Shown here: positions 37,391 through 48,063 of the stretch, piece by piece
How the letters are laid out: every line of letters begins with the position of its first letter
Numbering within the stretch: position 1 is the first letter of the stretch
IMG/VR virus record: IMGVR_UViG_3300043331_001676
Span: 15,024 to 79,023 of that record
DNA length: 64,000 nucleotides
Reading direction: 5' to 3' (one strand)
Source: a virus
Notes under the pieces: generated by a model
Told to the model about the DNA's origin: nothing
Seen by the model: only the letters and a program-made list of their open reading frames with translations
Database searches by the model: none
Made by a program: the position numbers and the translations under genes

Positions 37391-37749
37391 TGAGTGGGTT
37401 AAACTTCGACATCTTCCAGGCCCCGGAGATCCGGGATCTGCTCAAGACCAAGGCTCACCTGCTACGGGCCGGCCTGTCGGCGGATCACGTGGTCATCGAG
37501 ACCTTTAGCCAGATCGTGGCCGTCTACCGCCGCCGGGTTGGGTTGGAGACATTCCTGAGTCAGATGTTGGGCGAGATAGCCACAACTCCGATTCAGGACT
37601 GTCAACTGTACCGGGCCAGCGGCGAGCCGGTTGATACTCATGGCGCTCACGGCCAGCCGGTCCAAAGATTTATCGCCCGTGGCTTTTCTGATCGAAGCCT
37701 GCTGGCGGGCCTTCGGGTGGTGGCCGGCGGGCAAGAGCGGTATCTGTAA
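37390..37749 (+). CDS. Hypothetical protein
   Basis: TGATG coupling to the methyltransferase. Confidence 0.65.
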   Translation: MSGLNFDIFQAPEIRDLLKTKAHLLRAGLSADHVVIETFSQIVAVYRRRVGLETFLSQMLGEIATTPIQDCQLYRASGEPVDTHGAHGQPVQRFIARGFSDRSLLAGLRVVAGGQERYL

Positions 37750-37771
37750 TCTGGAAACGAGCGTTTGAAGT

Positions 37772-39013
37772 TTACAGCAAAGAGAGCTGACTGCCCTGAA
37801 AAGGGGTAATTTGTTTGGGATTGTGAATACGGGTCGTGCGCGTGATAGGTCTAAATGGTGTGCCGGTGTGAAGTTCGATGGAGGTCTTTAGGATAGTTTC
37901 GATATGACGGTACTCAGTATATGGAATACGAATCAGGATAAAGTTGTGATCCTGGGCAAATTTTGCCTTGATTGCATCGCGCCGTTGGGTTTCTTTTAGG
38001 TTCTCCCGTCCTCCATAAAATTCAAGGTCTTTAAAGTGATGAGGGCCATCGTATTCTACCAAAAATTGCAACTTGCCGATTCGAAAATAAAAATCAAATC
38101 GCAACATTCTTTTCTCTCGAAGAACACTAAAGCTTTTTTGGTGAACAAAATGAACTTTCCAGGATTTAAGCAGATAAAGGATACGTTGCTCTCCCTGAGA
38201 AGCAGAACACTTAGGGCAACCTTGACCTTGTCCAACATGATTTCCCGGTGTTTGCCAGAAGCTTCCGTGTTGAGAGCATATAATTTCAACCTTGACCTTT
38301 CCACGCCTATAGACAACTTTGGAATAATCGTACATGTCACCATGTATTCTCCGGGCTTCCTGGATAAAAACATCTTGCTTCTTGGTATTCTTTATACTTG
38401 CCTGATTTTTTCCACATCCAGGGCAACCATGTCCTTTAAGAAAATCGTGGGGACGTGCCCAAAAAGCCCCATGTTCATGGCAGATAATTTTCACCCTAAA
38501 CTTATCGCCATTGTACATAACTTCAGAGTAATTATATCTATTCCCAAAAACAGCCATGCACCCTTTGATAAAGCTGTCCTGAGTCCTGATTCTGGTTTGC
38601 GCCCCCTTTTCCTTACCGCATTTAGGACAACCGGCTCCACGAAGATGGTTACTGGGCACTTGCCAAAAACTCCCATGTTTAGGGCAAACGATTTCAACCT
38701 TAATTTTATTGCCTCTGTATTTTATCTTAGAGTAATCATATTTGCTTGCGTGAATGGATTTAGATTCCTGAACAAAAGAATCGTGAGACCTCCTTTGTAC
38801 TTTGGAACGCTGCTCGTTGGCACATATAGGGCAGCCATGACCCTTATGCCCCAGATGATCATGGGGTGTCTGCCAAAAACTTCCGTGCTGAGGGCAGATG
38901 ATCTCGACCGGGATTCTGTTGTTCGTGTATTTCACATTGGAATAATCGTACCTATCTCCATGTACCTGTCTGGATTTTGCAATAAAGTCATCTCTGGTCA
39001 TCTGTTTCGGCAT
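37772..39013 (-). CDS. Free-standing endonuclease: four DUF723-like Zn-finger repeats plus Vsr/DUF559-like nuclease
   Basis: Four YDYS..Y....V.I.C..HG.FWQ.P..H..G.GCP.C repeats; RFDFY..LVEYDG.HH; low GC, antisense to the tail operon. Confidence 0.88.
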   Translation of the reverse strand: MPKQMTRDDFIAKSRQVHGDRYDYSNVKYTNNRIPVEIICPQHGSFWQTPHDHLGHKGHGCPICANEQRSKVQRRSHDSFVQESKSIHASKYDYSKIKYRGNKIKVEIVCPKHGSFWQVPSNHLRGAGCPKCGKEKGAQTRIRTQDSFIKGCMAVFGNRYNYSEVMYNGDKFRVKIICHEHGAFWARPHDFLKGHGCPGCGKNQASIKNTKKQDVFIQEARRIHGDMYDYSKVVYRRGKVKVEIICSQHGSFWQTPGNHVGQGQGCPKCSASQGEQRILYLLKSWKVHFVHQKSFSVLREKRMLRFDFYFRIGKLQFLVEYDGPHHFKDLEFYGGRENLKETQRRDAIKAKFAQDHNFILIRIPYTEYRHIETILKTSIELHTGTPFRPITRTTRIHNPKQITPFQGSQLSLL

Positions 39014-39152
39014 ATTTTTAACCCGTACAAAAAAGCACTCCTGACGTTGATTGCCTGATTGTTGCCACACAAGAGGAATCACGCCAGGGGTGCTCATCTG
39101 GAATAATAGCAAGCCCTAATTATTTCGGCAATTCTCTTGTGTGGCAACAATC

Positions 39153-39161
39153 ATTATAGCA
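39153..39161 (-). promoter_or_regulatory. Extended -10 promoter for the endonuclease
   Basis: TGCTATAAT on the - strand. Confidence 0.6.
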
Positions 39162-39214
39162 CATTTGAGCTACGAATTTCAACTATTAAACGAGCGTTAC
39201 GAAAAAGGTGATTC

Positions 39215-42058
39215 TTGGCACTTACATTGGGTGATTTAGTCGTTTTCCTTCGCGGGAATAGCGATCATTTAAATAAAAGCCTCGATTCCGCCGAGCAGAA
39301 GTCCCGCTCTGTGGCCGGCAACATCTCCGGCTTCTTTCAGAACGCCTTCTCCTTTATGACCGGACAGGTCATCACCAATGCCTTAAGTGGCATTGTGAAT
39401 AGCCTGGGCGCGGTCAAAGACGCCATGATCGGCGGCAATACTGCCTTCGAACAATATGAAACTCAATTCGCTGTTCTTTTAGGCAATGCGGATTTGGCCC
39501 AAGCCCGCCTGCAAGAATTGGCTGAATTTGGACAGAGGACACCTTTTGAATTACCGGAACTAACACAGGCCGACCGCATTCTGCAATCCTTCGGCCTGCA
39601 CGCCCCGGACGTTACCGCTCACTTCAAACAGATGGGCATTGACATCCGCACCATCACCGGGGATATCGCCGCCGGGACCGGCGCTTCCTTCCAGGAAATT
39701 GCCACCCTTATTGGCCGCTTCAGCGCCGGGGCCACCGGCGAGGCTATCCAGCGCTTCCAGGAACTGGGCATCACCACGCGGGCCGAGATGGCGGCGATGG
39801 GGGTTGAGTTCTCCAAATCAGGCGAACTAACCTCACCTCTGAATGAGGCTATGGACGTGGTGCTGCAACTGATGCAGCAGAAGTTCGGCGGGATGATGGA
39901 GGCCCAGAGCCAGACCCTGGGCGGGATGTGGTCTAATTTTCAGGACTGGGTCGGCAACGTGGCCCGGACCCTGGGCGAACCCATTTTCGACCGGCTCAAA
40001 GAGGGCCTGCAAGGCTTCCTGGAGCTGGTCCAACCCGGCTCGCCGGTAGATAACGCGGTCAAGGAATTTGCCAATACCATCCGCCTGAGCCTGGACCTGA
40101 TCGGCACGTTATTTCAGGCCCTGACCGGCGGCGGCCTGGGCGCGACCATCGAGAGCTGGGCCACTTCCCTTGTCAGCGCCCTGGAGCGGGTCAACGCCTT
40201 CCTGCGCCAGCTCAAGGACGAAATCCTGGGGCTGACCGCTGGCGACATACTGGGCGAGCTGGGGCCGGGGCTGGACGCCTTAAACCAGCAGATGAACCAG
40301 TCCCTGGCCGACCTGTCCAACCGGCACAACCAGACCATCTCCAGCTTGCAATCCCAACTGACCAATGCCGCCGATAAGTTGGGCCAGGACCTGGCCGCGA
40401 TCAACGAGAAGTACGCCGATAAGATCGCCGATCTACAGGAGCGCCTGGTTGAGACGGCGGAGAGTTTTAGCGAACGGCTGAACGACCTGGCCGAAGCGCA
40501 CGGCAAGCGCCGGGCCAAACTGGAAGAGCAGATCGCCAAAGCCGTTGCTGACCGGGAAGAAAAGCTGACCGAGCTGAAGGCCGAGCACGAGCGCCGGCGG
40601 CGGCAGCTCTCGACCGACCTGATGCTGGCCGAGAGCGAAGAGGAATATCTGCGCATCCAGGCCCAAATGCGGACCGAGGATGAAAAGTACGCCGAGCAAA
40701 AGAGCAAGGCCGAGAAGGCCGGCGACGAGCAGATTAGCGAGCTTCAGGCCCGGCTGGCCGAAGAGGACGCCGAGTACGCCAAGCAGGAGGCCCGGCTTAA
40801 GGCGCAGCGCGATAAGGCCCTGGCCGATCTGAACGAACAACTGAGCAAGGTTGAAGCCGCCAAGGCCAAAGAAGTGGCCGAGGTCCAGAAGGCTTATGAC
40901 CAGCAAGTGGCTGCGCTCAACGCCAAGATCGCCGCCGAGAATGCGGCCTACGCCCAGCAGCAGGAAGAGATCAGGGCGATGTACGCCCAGCGCATGGCCG
41001 ATTTCGAGGCGGAAATTAACGCCCGTGCGGCGGCCATCGGCCAGGGGCCGGCGGCCCAGGTCGGGGCGATGATCCGGGACTGGATTGCCCGCTTTGATGA
41101 ATTCAAGGCCAGTGCGGCGGCAGCCTGGGCTGAGGTCCAGCGGATCGTCGGCATCTTCCAGGAGCAGGGCCTTGGCGCGGGCCTGAGCGCCCTGGTAGAG
41201 CTAGCCACCCAGAAGCTGAACGACTTGACTACAGCCATCAACACCTGGGTCGCCGATCCGGCAGTGGTCGAGCAGTTCCGCACCTGGGGCCGCAACGCCG
41301 GGCAGGCCCTGGTAGATGGGATTGTGTCGCTCTTGACGGGGGAGGGCACCCAGAGCCTGGCCGGGGGTCTTTCCTCGGCCCTGCTGGGTGCCTGGGTCGC
41401 GATCAATACCCTGCCGATTGAGCTGGCAACCTACTTTGTGGAGGGCTTTATCGGGGCCGTGACCTCGGAGGAATCGGTCGAGCGGCTCAAGACCAGCATC
41501 GGTTCGGCCTTGCAGCAGGCCAGTGAGTGGTGGGGTCGGACCCTGGCCGAGTGGGCCGACAGCATCGCCGTGTGGCTGGCCGAGACCGCCGAGCGCTGGG
41601 GCAATGTTCTGACAGAGTTCAATTGGGGCAGCGTGGCCCAGAGCGTGGTGGATGGGGTCGGCGGGCCGTTATTATCCGGCTTAAGGGACCTGGCTTCTCA
41701 GGCCGCGGACGCCCTGCGCGGTATGGCCCAGCAGGGGATGGAGGCGATAGACGCCAACTCGCCCAGCAAGCTGTGGATGCCGGTCGGTGAAGCGATGCCC
41801 GCCGGCGCCAGCGTGGGTTTTGAGAAAGGCTTGCCCGGTTTGCGCCAGACCATTGCCAAGAGTATGGAAGGGCTGGTCCCGCCGGCCAACCCGGCTTCGG
41901 CCTCGGCTATCGGCGGCTGGGTAACGAACAATATCAGCCTGCTTCAAACTAATAATCTACCCCAGGCCCCGGCGGGCTTTGACCGGCAGGGTCTGATGAA
42001 CGACATTCAGCAGCAAACGCTGAATTTGCTGGAGCGGGTTTACACAACGGAGAGTTGA
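39215..42058 (+). CDS. Tape measure protein
   Basis: ALTLGDLVV start, FGQRTPFEL tape-measure motif, SQTLGG.WSNFQD, long coiled coil, NSPSK. Confidence 0.93.
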   Translation: MALTLGDLVVFLRGNSDHLNKSLDSAEQKSRSVAGNISGFFQNAFSFMTGQVITNALSGIVNSLGAVKDAMIGGNTAFEQYETQFAVLLGNADLAQARLQELAEFGQRTPFELPELTQADRILQSFGLHAPDVTAHFKQMGIDIRTITGDIAAGTGASFQEIATLIGRFSAGATGEAIQRFQELGITTRAEMAAMGVEFSKSGELTSPLNEAMDVVLQLMQQKFGGMMEAQSQTLGGMWSNFQDWVGNVARTLGEPIFDRLKEGLQGFLELVQPGSPVDNAVKEFANTIRLSLDLIGTLFQALTGGGLGATIESWATSLVSALERVNAFLRQLKDEILGLTAGDILGELGPGLDALNQQMNQSLADLSNRHNQTISSLQSQLTNAADKLGQDLAAINEKYADKIADLQERLVETAESFSERLNDLAEAHGKRRAKLEEQIAKAVADREEKLTELKAEHERRRRQLSTDLMLAESEEEYLRIQAQMRTEDEKYAEQKSKAEKAGDEQISELQARLAEEDAEYAKQEARLKAQRDKALADLNEQLSKVEAAKAKEVAEVQKAYDQQVAALNAKIAAENAAYAQQQEEIRAMYAQRMADFEAEINARAAAIGQGPAAQVGAMIRDWIARFDEFKASAAAAWAEVQRIVGIFQEQGLGAGLSALVELATQKLNDLTTAINTWVADPAVVEQFRTWGRNAGQALVDGIVSLLTGEGTQSLAGGLSSALLGAWVAINTLPIELATYFVEGFIGAVTSEESVERLKTSIGSALQQASEWWGRTLAEWADSIAVWLAETAERWGNVLTEFNWGSVAQSVVDGVGGPLLSGLRDLASQAADALRGMAQQGMEAIDANSPSKLWMPVGEAMPAGASVGFEKGLPGLRQTIAKSMEGLVPPANPASASAIGGWVTNNISLLQTNNLPQAPAGFDRQGLMNDIQQQTLNLLERVYTTES

Positions 42059-42059
42059 A

Positions 42060-42470
42060 ATGAGCTATCCCCAGTACAGCATCGGCCTGACCTATCCGCC
42101 CCAGAGTTTTGCCGCCTACAATCCCCCTATCCCCTGGCCGATGAAGTCCACGCCAGAGCTATATTCCGTTACCTTCCCTAGAGGCGACGGGACAATTTTC
42201 GGCGGGGGCTTTCCCTATACAACCCTCGTATTTCAATTTATTGACCAGGGTTCATTGAACCACCTGCTGAACCTCCTCACTATTGGCGGCGTTTTACACA
42301 AGTCTCGCTCCGGCATCTACCTCAAAACCCTTACCCCGGAAGATCAATCGCAGTTTGCAGTTTATACGACCATAATGATGCTGCCCGACAAACTGGCCGA
42401 CTACCGGCAGCCGGGTGGTTTTTATGCGGGCGTGCCTTTTGAATTTCGCCACCTTGAGCCATACCCCTGA
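42060..42470 (+). CDS. Distal tail (Dit)-like protein
   Basis: Directly after tape measure; size. Confidence 0.6.
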   Translation: MSYPQYSIGLTYPPQSFAAYNPPIPWPMKSTPELYSVTFPRGDGTIFGGGFPYTTLVFQFIDQGSLNHLLNLLTIGGVLHKSRSGIYLKTLTPEDQSQFAVYTTIMMLPDKLADYRQPGGFYAGVPFEFRHLEPYP

Positions 42471-42478
42471 GCTGACCA

Positions 42479-45241
42479 ATGGCCGATTTACTGACCAGCG
42501 ACCAGAAGACCAAGCAGCGTAGCGACGGCCACCGCAGTAAGTTCTACTTGTCCGTGGCCAGGCCGGTTGTTCTACTGACTGCGACGGTCAACAACGGCTC
42601 GATTGCGATGGGCGCGACGACCATTGCCGTGGACAATGGTACCTCGATTGACCCGGCCCGCATCCGGGACAATACCATGTTGCACGTGGTCACGGCCTAC
42701 GGTGTGTACAAGGTGCGGATCATGTCGGCCTCGTTGTCCGGGTCAAACCCCAACCGGACCGGCACAATCGAGACGGACTGCAACTCGATTCCGTGGGCCG
42801 ACAACCAGACGGTCACGGTCTACGAGATGTTCGAGCCGTGCGTCATCCCGCCCACGTTTGACGCTACGACCGGCATCTCGACCAAGCGCCGGCAGACCTT
42901 CGCCGGCCAGACCGCGCAGCCCGGCCCTATCTGCAAGGCCGGCGTCCACCGGGCCGGCTTTGTCGAGGGCAGCCTGGTCTTTACCTTGAACGGCGTAGCT
43001 GAGGCGATGGCTCCGGGCGCGACCATCGTCTCGTGGGCCTGGTCCGCGACCATCGGCGCGATTGCTGCTCCGACCAGCCAGAATACGACCCTGACCCTGA
43101 ACGCGCCGGGCGAGGGCTGGCTGTTTTTGACCGTGACCGATTCCAACGGCAAGACGCACACGGCGGTCCGCCACGTCTGGGGCCACGACCCGGACCCGGA
43201 GTCCGCCGACTACCCGTATAGCGACTTCTCAGTCGGCCAGATTTCGCTGACCTTCGACGGCGGGATGCAAATCCCGATCAAGGTGACCGGCGTGGCCGAC
43301 TTCACCGAGTTCGTGGACGGGGCGCTGGTCATGCTCTGGCGCGAGAGCTGGTTCGGCAGCGAGGCCGGCGCGATCAGCTTCATCACGAACGGCGCGGAGC
43401 AGTTGTTCCTGGGCTACATCGCCAAGGATACGATTGTGACCGACTCGGAGCACGGCACGGTCTCGTTTGAGGCCCACGCCATGCCGGGCGTCATGAAGAC
43501 CATGAATATGCAGGCGCTCAGTATCCACGCCGAGAGCACCTTGCAGTATTGGTTCCAGATGCCGACGTTTATGACCATGCGCCACATGCTGTACTGGCTG
43601 CTTTACTGGCATAGCAATGTCCTGGAGCTGACCGACTGGTTCCTGCCGGCCAGCACAATCAAGAAAAAGTTATTCTCGTTCAACGAGGGATCGCTCTACA
43701 GCCAGGCCCAGGACTGCGCCGGCAAGTTGTTGGCCCAGATCGGCTGCGACTGGGCGGGCCGTATGTTCGTCGAGCAGGATGTCCAACTCCTGCCGACTGT
43801 GGCCGAACGGGATGCCATCGAGGTTGTCAGCGACATTACCAGCCGGGACTGGCGGGGCGAGCAGACCATCATCCGCCGCCAGCACAATGAAGCGGCAAAA
43901 GTCGAGGTCAAGGGCTTCGCCTTCGACGGGGTGAATGTCATCCCGCACTGTTCGGTCGCCCCGTCCCGTATCCCGGCCACTCGCGGCAGCAAGCGCAGCG
44001 TGGATGGCCTGATGGTGGTAAACCAGCTCTATACCGACCAGCTCGCGGGCCGGCTGTACGGCAAGGCCAACAACGAGTACGAGGATGTCAGGATGCCGTT
44101 CGCCGGGGATTACTCGGTCTGCTGCCCGTTCCCGCAGCGTTGGTGGCGCATGAGCCTGGCAGCCGGCGACACCGGGCGCGGGATCACCGAGACCGACCTG
44201 CGCATGCTGCCCAGAGTGGTCAACCTGGAGCTGGACATGGAGAACGGCTGCGTCATCGCCGACGCGGTTTTTGAGCCAGAGGTCAATGTCCCGGACGGAA
44301 TCGCCGTGACCTGCCCGGGTACCGGCGACGACCCGCCCGCAGCCAGTCCGCCCTGGCCGCCGACCCCGCCTCCCGGTGGTGGCGGTTCAATCGGCTTGCC
44401 GGCGTTGCTCACCTTCAGCAGCGCCCAGTACCGCGATGACAACGCCGCCGAGTGGAGCGAGTGGAACGCCGCCGTGGCCACAGGCGGGTATGTTGACCCG
44501 TTCTGGAAGCAGAAGCAGGGATCGGCCAACCCGGCCCAGGCCCTGGCCTGGATGAACACCGATGCCGCCACGATCAGCCAGGTCACGGCCAGCGGGATCA
44601 CGCCCCGGCAGCCGGCCACGGACCCGCCGAACAGTTGGGGCGACGATCCGGCCCCGACCATCGAGGAGTGCCACATCGTCCGCAGCATCGGCAGCCGCTT
44701 TGTCCAGAATAAGCATTATGCCCTGGTTGGCTTTACCAACGGCTCGAATGAGTGGCGCGGCTGGCTCGCCGTGACCGAGAACGACTGGCAGGACGTTGAG
44801 TGGGTGACCCTGTTTGAGGGCGGCAACGGCGAGACCCGGCCTTTGTGGCTGGCCGAGGATGGGCAGGACGGCTCGCTGCTGTACGTGACCGTCTGGCAGG
44901 ATGGGACGCTGTATCTGGACAGGTGGACCACGGCCACCATGACCCTGACCGCCTCGGTTGACCTGGGTGACGTGGCCGACATCGCCGACATAGATGCCTT
45001 TGTCTGGTGGGCCGGTGTGGCAACTGCGCCCGGAGACAAGAACCTGGTCTTTGTTTTTGGCCGGTTGAACGACCCGGCTGGCCTGGGAACGCAGCATATC
45101 GTCAAGAGCCAGAATGGAGGAGCGACGTTGCAAAGCGTGATTGGCAATTGGGGCAGCGACTATTGTGCTGATTTTCACGTCAGCGAGACTTCGGGCGGCA
45201 ACCGCAAGTGGTATGCCGTCCGGGTAGCGGCAGGGAACTGA
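42479..45241 (+). CDS. Tail tip/hub protein with PKD-like and propeller-like regions
   Basis: IVSWAWS..LTVTDSNGKT PKD motif, Pro linker, Asp-box-like SQNGG. Confidence 0.75.
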   Translation: MADLLTSDQKTKQRSDGHRSKFYLSVARPVVLLTATVNNGSIAMGATTIAVDNGTSIDPARIRDNTMLHVVTAYGVYKVRIMSASLSGSNPNRTGTIETDCNSIPWADNQTVTVYEMFEPCVIPPTFDATTGISTKRRQTFAGQTAQPGPICKAGVHRAGFVEGSLVFTLNGVAEAMAPGATIVSWAWSATIGAIAAPTSQNTTLTLNAPGEGWLFLTVTDSNGKTHTAVRHVWGHDPDPESADYPYSDFSVGQISLTFDGGMQIPIKVTGVADFTEFVDGALVMLWRESWFGSEAGAISFITNGAEQLFLGYIAKDTIVTDSEHGTVSFEAHAMPGVMKTMNMQALSIHAESTLQYWFQMPTFMTMRHMLYWLLYWHSNVLELTDWFLPASTIKKKLFSFNEGSLYSQAQDCAGKLLAQIGCDWAGRMFVEQDVQLLPTVAERDAIEVVSDITSRDWRGEQTIIRRQHNEAAKVEVKGFAFDGVNVIPHCSVAPSRIPATRGSKRSVDGLMVVNQLYTDQLAGRLYGKANNEYEDVRMPFAGDYSVCCPFPQRWWRMSLAAGDTGRGITETDLRMLPRVVNLELDMENGCVIADAVFEPEVNVPDGIAVTCPGTGDDPPAASPPWPPTPPPGGGGSIGLPALLTFSSAQYRDDNAAEWSEWNAAVATGGYVDPFWKQKQGSANPAQALAWMNTDAATISQVTASGITPRQPATDPPNSWGDDPAPTIEECHIVRSIGSRFVQNKHYALVGFTNGSNEWRGWLAVTENDWQDVEWVTLFEGGNGETRPLWLAEDGQDGSLLYVTVWQDGTLYLDRWTTATMTLTASVDLGDVADIADIDAFVWWAGVATAPGDKNLVFVFGRLNDPAGLGTQHIVKSQNGGATLQSVIGNWGSDYCADFHVSETSGGNRKWYAVRVAAGN

Positions 45242-45246
45242 TCAAG

Positions 45247-46491
45247 ATGGCTGATTTCAACACGTTAGTCACAGATGTTTTTAGCGGCAGCACGCCGGTC
45301 TCCAACGGGGTGGACAAGCTGTACAACGTATCCGGCAAGACGGTCCAGGAGTGGGATTTGGCGACCGGCCTCTCGACGTCGCTGGACCAGGTGGGAGACG
45401 ACAACGACGGCCTGGCCTTCGTGGCCTGGTTTAAGGGGGCGTTGTACGCCCTCTGGACCGACGAAAGCCCGTTCGATGTAGGCATTTCGGTCTGGGACGG
45501 CGACTCGTGGAGCCGCGTCTGGACGCCCGACCCGGCCATCAATAGCGCGTTAGCTACGGGTATCTGGGCTACGGCCAGCCAATTAGTAGCCCTGCCCGGC
45601 GCTTACGAGAACCCCGGCTCGGTCCGGCAGGGCTGCGTCTATTCGTCGAACGGCAGCAGTTGGAGCCAGGGGACGGTGGAGGGCGACAGTGGCTTGATCT
45701 TGATACCGGACGGCCCGGTGCTGACCCACGACTCGATTTATCTGAAAGGGTCGTCGGAACACCTGAACCCGCTGGCCGACGCGCACCTGTACCGCTGGAG
45801 CGGCAGCGACTGGGTGAACGTGGTGGACAGCTTTGGCTCGATGTTCAGCGGCACACCGTATCCGTATCTGATCGCGGTGAGTTGGGACAAGTTCTGGCGC
45901 TTTGAGGCGGCCACGCCGGAGACCCGCTACGCCGAGACTGTCACCGGGAGCTGGACGACGACGCCCGACAACGAGTCGGCCTTGACCATGCTGCCGGTCT
46001 ACCAGATCAACATGCCCCGAACGTATGGCGCGGCCTCCGGCTTCAGCTTCTTGCAGGCGTGGCTGGACGATACCGAGGAGTGGGAAGCCGGCGTGTTTGA
46101 CACCTGGGTGTTGGCGACTTACGGCAGCAACGTCCAGTTTCTGGTCAGGGTGGCCAGCGGTGATGTCTACATGGGCGTCCAGAAGGCCAGCCCATTTGCC
46201 TACAACCTGCTGAAGCGCAGCGCCCCGTTACCGTTCTCGGAGGACCCGAACGTGAGCAAGTTCTACCAGGGCGTCGAGGGCCTGACCTTACGCTCCAGCC
46301 TGCCGTTCAAGAGCGTCCGGCCCGGCAACATGGCCGTGCGCGGCGACGGCAAGGTGGCCATCGGCAACGGCGGCGGGACCGGGCCGGCTGTGGTGACCGG
46401 CCAGGCCGGCGACAACTACGCCACGTGGACCGACAGGACCGGCAATCATCCCGCCCTGACAAATGGGGTGGTCTGGATCAACGGTGAGTAA
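45247..46491 (+). CDS. Beta-propeller tail/receptor-binding protein
   Basis: Repeated WDG.SW / SSNG.SW / WSG.DW motifs. Confidence 0.7.
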   Translation: MADFNTLVTDVFSGSTPVSNGVDKLYNVSGKTVQEWDLATGLSTSLDQVGDDNDGLAFVAWFKGALYALWTDESPFDVGISVWDGDSWSRVWTPDPAINSALATGIWATASQLVALPGAYENPGSVRQGCVYSSNGSSWSQGTVEGDSGLILIPDGPVLTHDSIYLKGSSEHLNPLADAHLYRWSGSDWVNVVDSFGSMFSGTPYPYLIAVSWDKFWRFEAATPETRYAETVTGSWTTTPDNESALTMLPVYQINMPRTYGAASGFSFLQAWLDDTEEWEAGVFDTWVLATYGSNVQFLVRVASGDVYMGVQKASPFAYNLLKRSAPLPFSEDPNVSKFYQGVEGLTLRSSLPFKSVRPGNMAVRGDGKVAIGNGGGTGPAVVTGQAGDNYATWTDRTGNHPALTNGVVWINGE

Positions 46492-47333
46492 TGGATATTA
46501 GAGACGTAAGAAAGGCCAGGCAGCGGCATGAGCGGCAGTTCGCCCAGGAGACGGTCGTCTTCAACGGCGACACGGTGGCCCTGAACGGCACGACCGCCGT
46601 CATCGGGGTGCCGAACCACGTCTACGTGCAGCCGTGGGAAGGCGGCGACCCGTTTGCCGTCTTTAACCGCAACGTCAAGGCCAACCGGCCCAGAGTGGCC
46701 GTCCAGGTCGGTTTCGCGCCGTATTCCTCGGTGTTGGAGATTTTGAGGACGGTCATTGACACGTCCTACCTGATCGAGGCCATCGAGGGCCTGGATGTCG
46801 GGCCGCATGCCGGCAGCCACCGGGTAGACGGCGACGACCCGCTGTTTGTTGAGGAGCGAGCTATCCTGTCGCTCCTGACCTACCCGACCGGCCAGGAGGC
46901 CATCGAGGTCCACGTCTCCAATTATGGCTATTGGGCTGATAGCGGGGTCTGGCAGGTCTTTCCAGGCTACCAGAATTTTAGCCTGGCCGCGTACCAGCCG
47001 GGTTCAGGCTCCCTGCTGGCCCTGGTGTACCTGGACCTGACCACGAACACGCTCGGCGTGGCCGTGGGCGAGACGATTGCCCAGGACACCCTGGCCATCA
47101 TCCCCCCACCGCCCGGCTTGCCGGCGACCCCTGGGAGTGCCACGCCGAGCGCCTTTGTCCGGCTGCGGGCCAGCGCGACCGAGATAGGATGGGGTGAGAT
47201 TTTTGGAGCGCGGGACATTCTGTCTACGTCGGGCCGGCTGCTGACGCTGCGCCAGGATATGATAGAGCTGCTGGCTTCACAGGAAAATGAATTTGATTTG
47301 GCCCTGACGGCGCATGCCGTAAACGGCTGGTAA
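46491..47333 (+). CDS. Minor tail protein
   Basis: Coupled ORF in the tail module. Confidence 0.65.
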   Translation: MDIRDVRKARQRHERQFAQETVVFNGDTVALNGTTAVIGVPNHVYVQPWEGGDPFAVFNRNVKANRPRVAVQVGFAPYSSVLEILRTVIDTSYLIEAIEGLDVGPHAGSHRVDGDDPLFVEERAILSLLTYPTGQEAIEVHVSNYGYWADSGVWQVFPGYQNFSLAAYQPGSGSLLALVYLDLTTNTLGVAVGETIAQDTLAIIPPPPGLPATPGSATPSAFVRLRASATEIGWGEIFGARDILSTSGRLLTLRQDMIELLASQENEFDLALTAHAVNGW

Positions 47334-47345
47334 GGAGAGGCATTT

Positions 47346-47840
47346 ATGTACGGAAACACCGGGCCGGGAGACGGAACCGGCACAAGTAAGTTCGTCCGGG
47401 TCAACAGCCGGGGCGAGCTGATGGATGGCCGGGTGGCCGAGTTGCAGTCCGAGGAGACGCTAAACGACAGCGACAAAACGCTGACGGTGCCGGCAGGCTC
47501 CGAGTGGGAGGTGCTGTCCATTTACGTCGAGTTGGTGACCACGGCCACCGTGGGCAACCGGCAGATGGCAATCTATTTCACGGATGAGGCGGATGACATC
47601 ATCGGCCAGGTGCGGGCCGGGGCGGTGCAGGCGGCCAGCCTGACCCGCTTTTACCAGTTTGCAGCCGGCTTGCCGGATTTGGCCGCGTTCCGGGACACCG
47701 ACTGGCTTTCGACCCCGCTGCCGGCTGGCCTGGTCCTGCCGGCTGGCTACAAGATCAGGGTTTTTGATAAGGCGGCCATAGACGCGGCGGCGGACGATAT
47801 GGATGTCCAGGTGATGGTCAAGGAGAGGCTGGTACCGTAA
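47346..47840 (+). CDS. Virion beta-sandwich protein
   Basis: LTVPAG.EW.V.SI, LPAGYKI. Confidence 0.7.
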   Translation: MYGNTGPGDGTGTSKFVRVNSRGELMDGRVAELQSEETLNDSDKTLTVPAGSEWEVLSIYVELVTTATVGNRQMAIYFTDEADDIIGQVRAGAVQAASLTRFYQFAAGLPDLAAFRDTDWLSTPLPAGLVLPAGYKIRVFDKAAIDAAADDMDVQVMVKERLVP

Positions 47841-48055
47841 TGGCGCAGTTGATCCATGCCCGTAGCCTGTATATCGGCACGTCCGCCGAGCGCACAGCGA
47901 CCACGCCGCCCGCCGACGCGGCTGGCCTGGGTTGGTGGGACACCGACCAGGAGACGATGTACTTCTGGTCCGGCACGGCCTGGGAGGCCGGAAGCGGGAT
48001 TGGCGGTCAGACGCCGCCAGCACTCAAGATTTGGATAAGTAGGAATTTCAGGTGA
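47840..48055 (+). CDS. Small tail-fibre-associated protein
   Basis: GTSAER...WWDTD...YFWSGTAW motif. Confidence 0.7.
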   Translation: MAQLIHARSLYIGTSAERTATTPPADAAGLGWWDTDQETMYFWSGTAWEAGSGIGGQTPPALKIWISRNFR

Positions 48056-48063
48056 GGTGAAGT

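Noticed and set aside
38036-39058. 340-aa + strand ORF
   Set aside because: Antisense shadow of the repetitive endonuclease gene; no motifs
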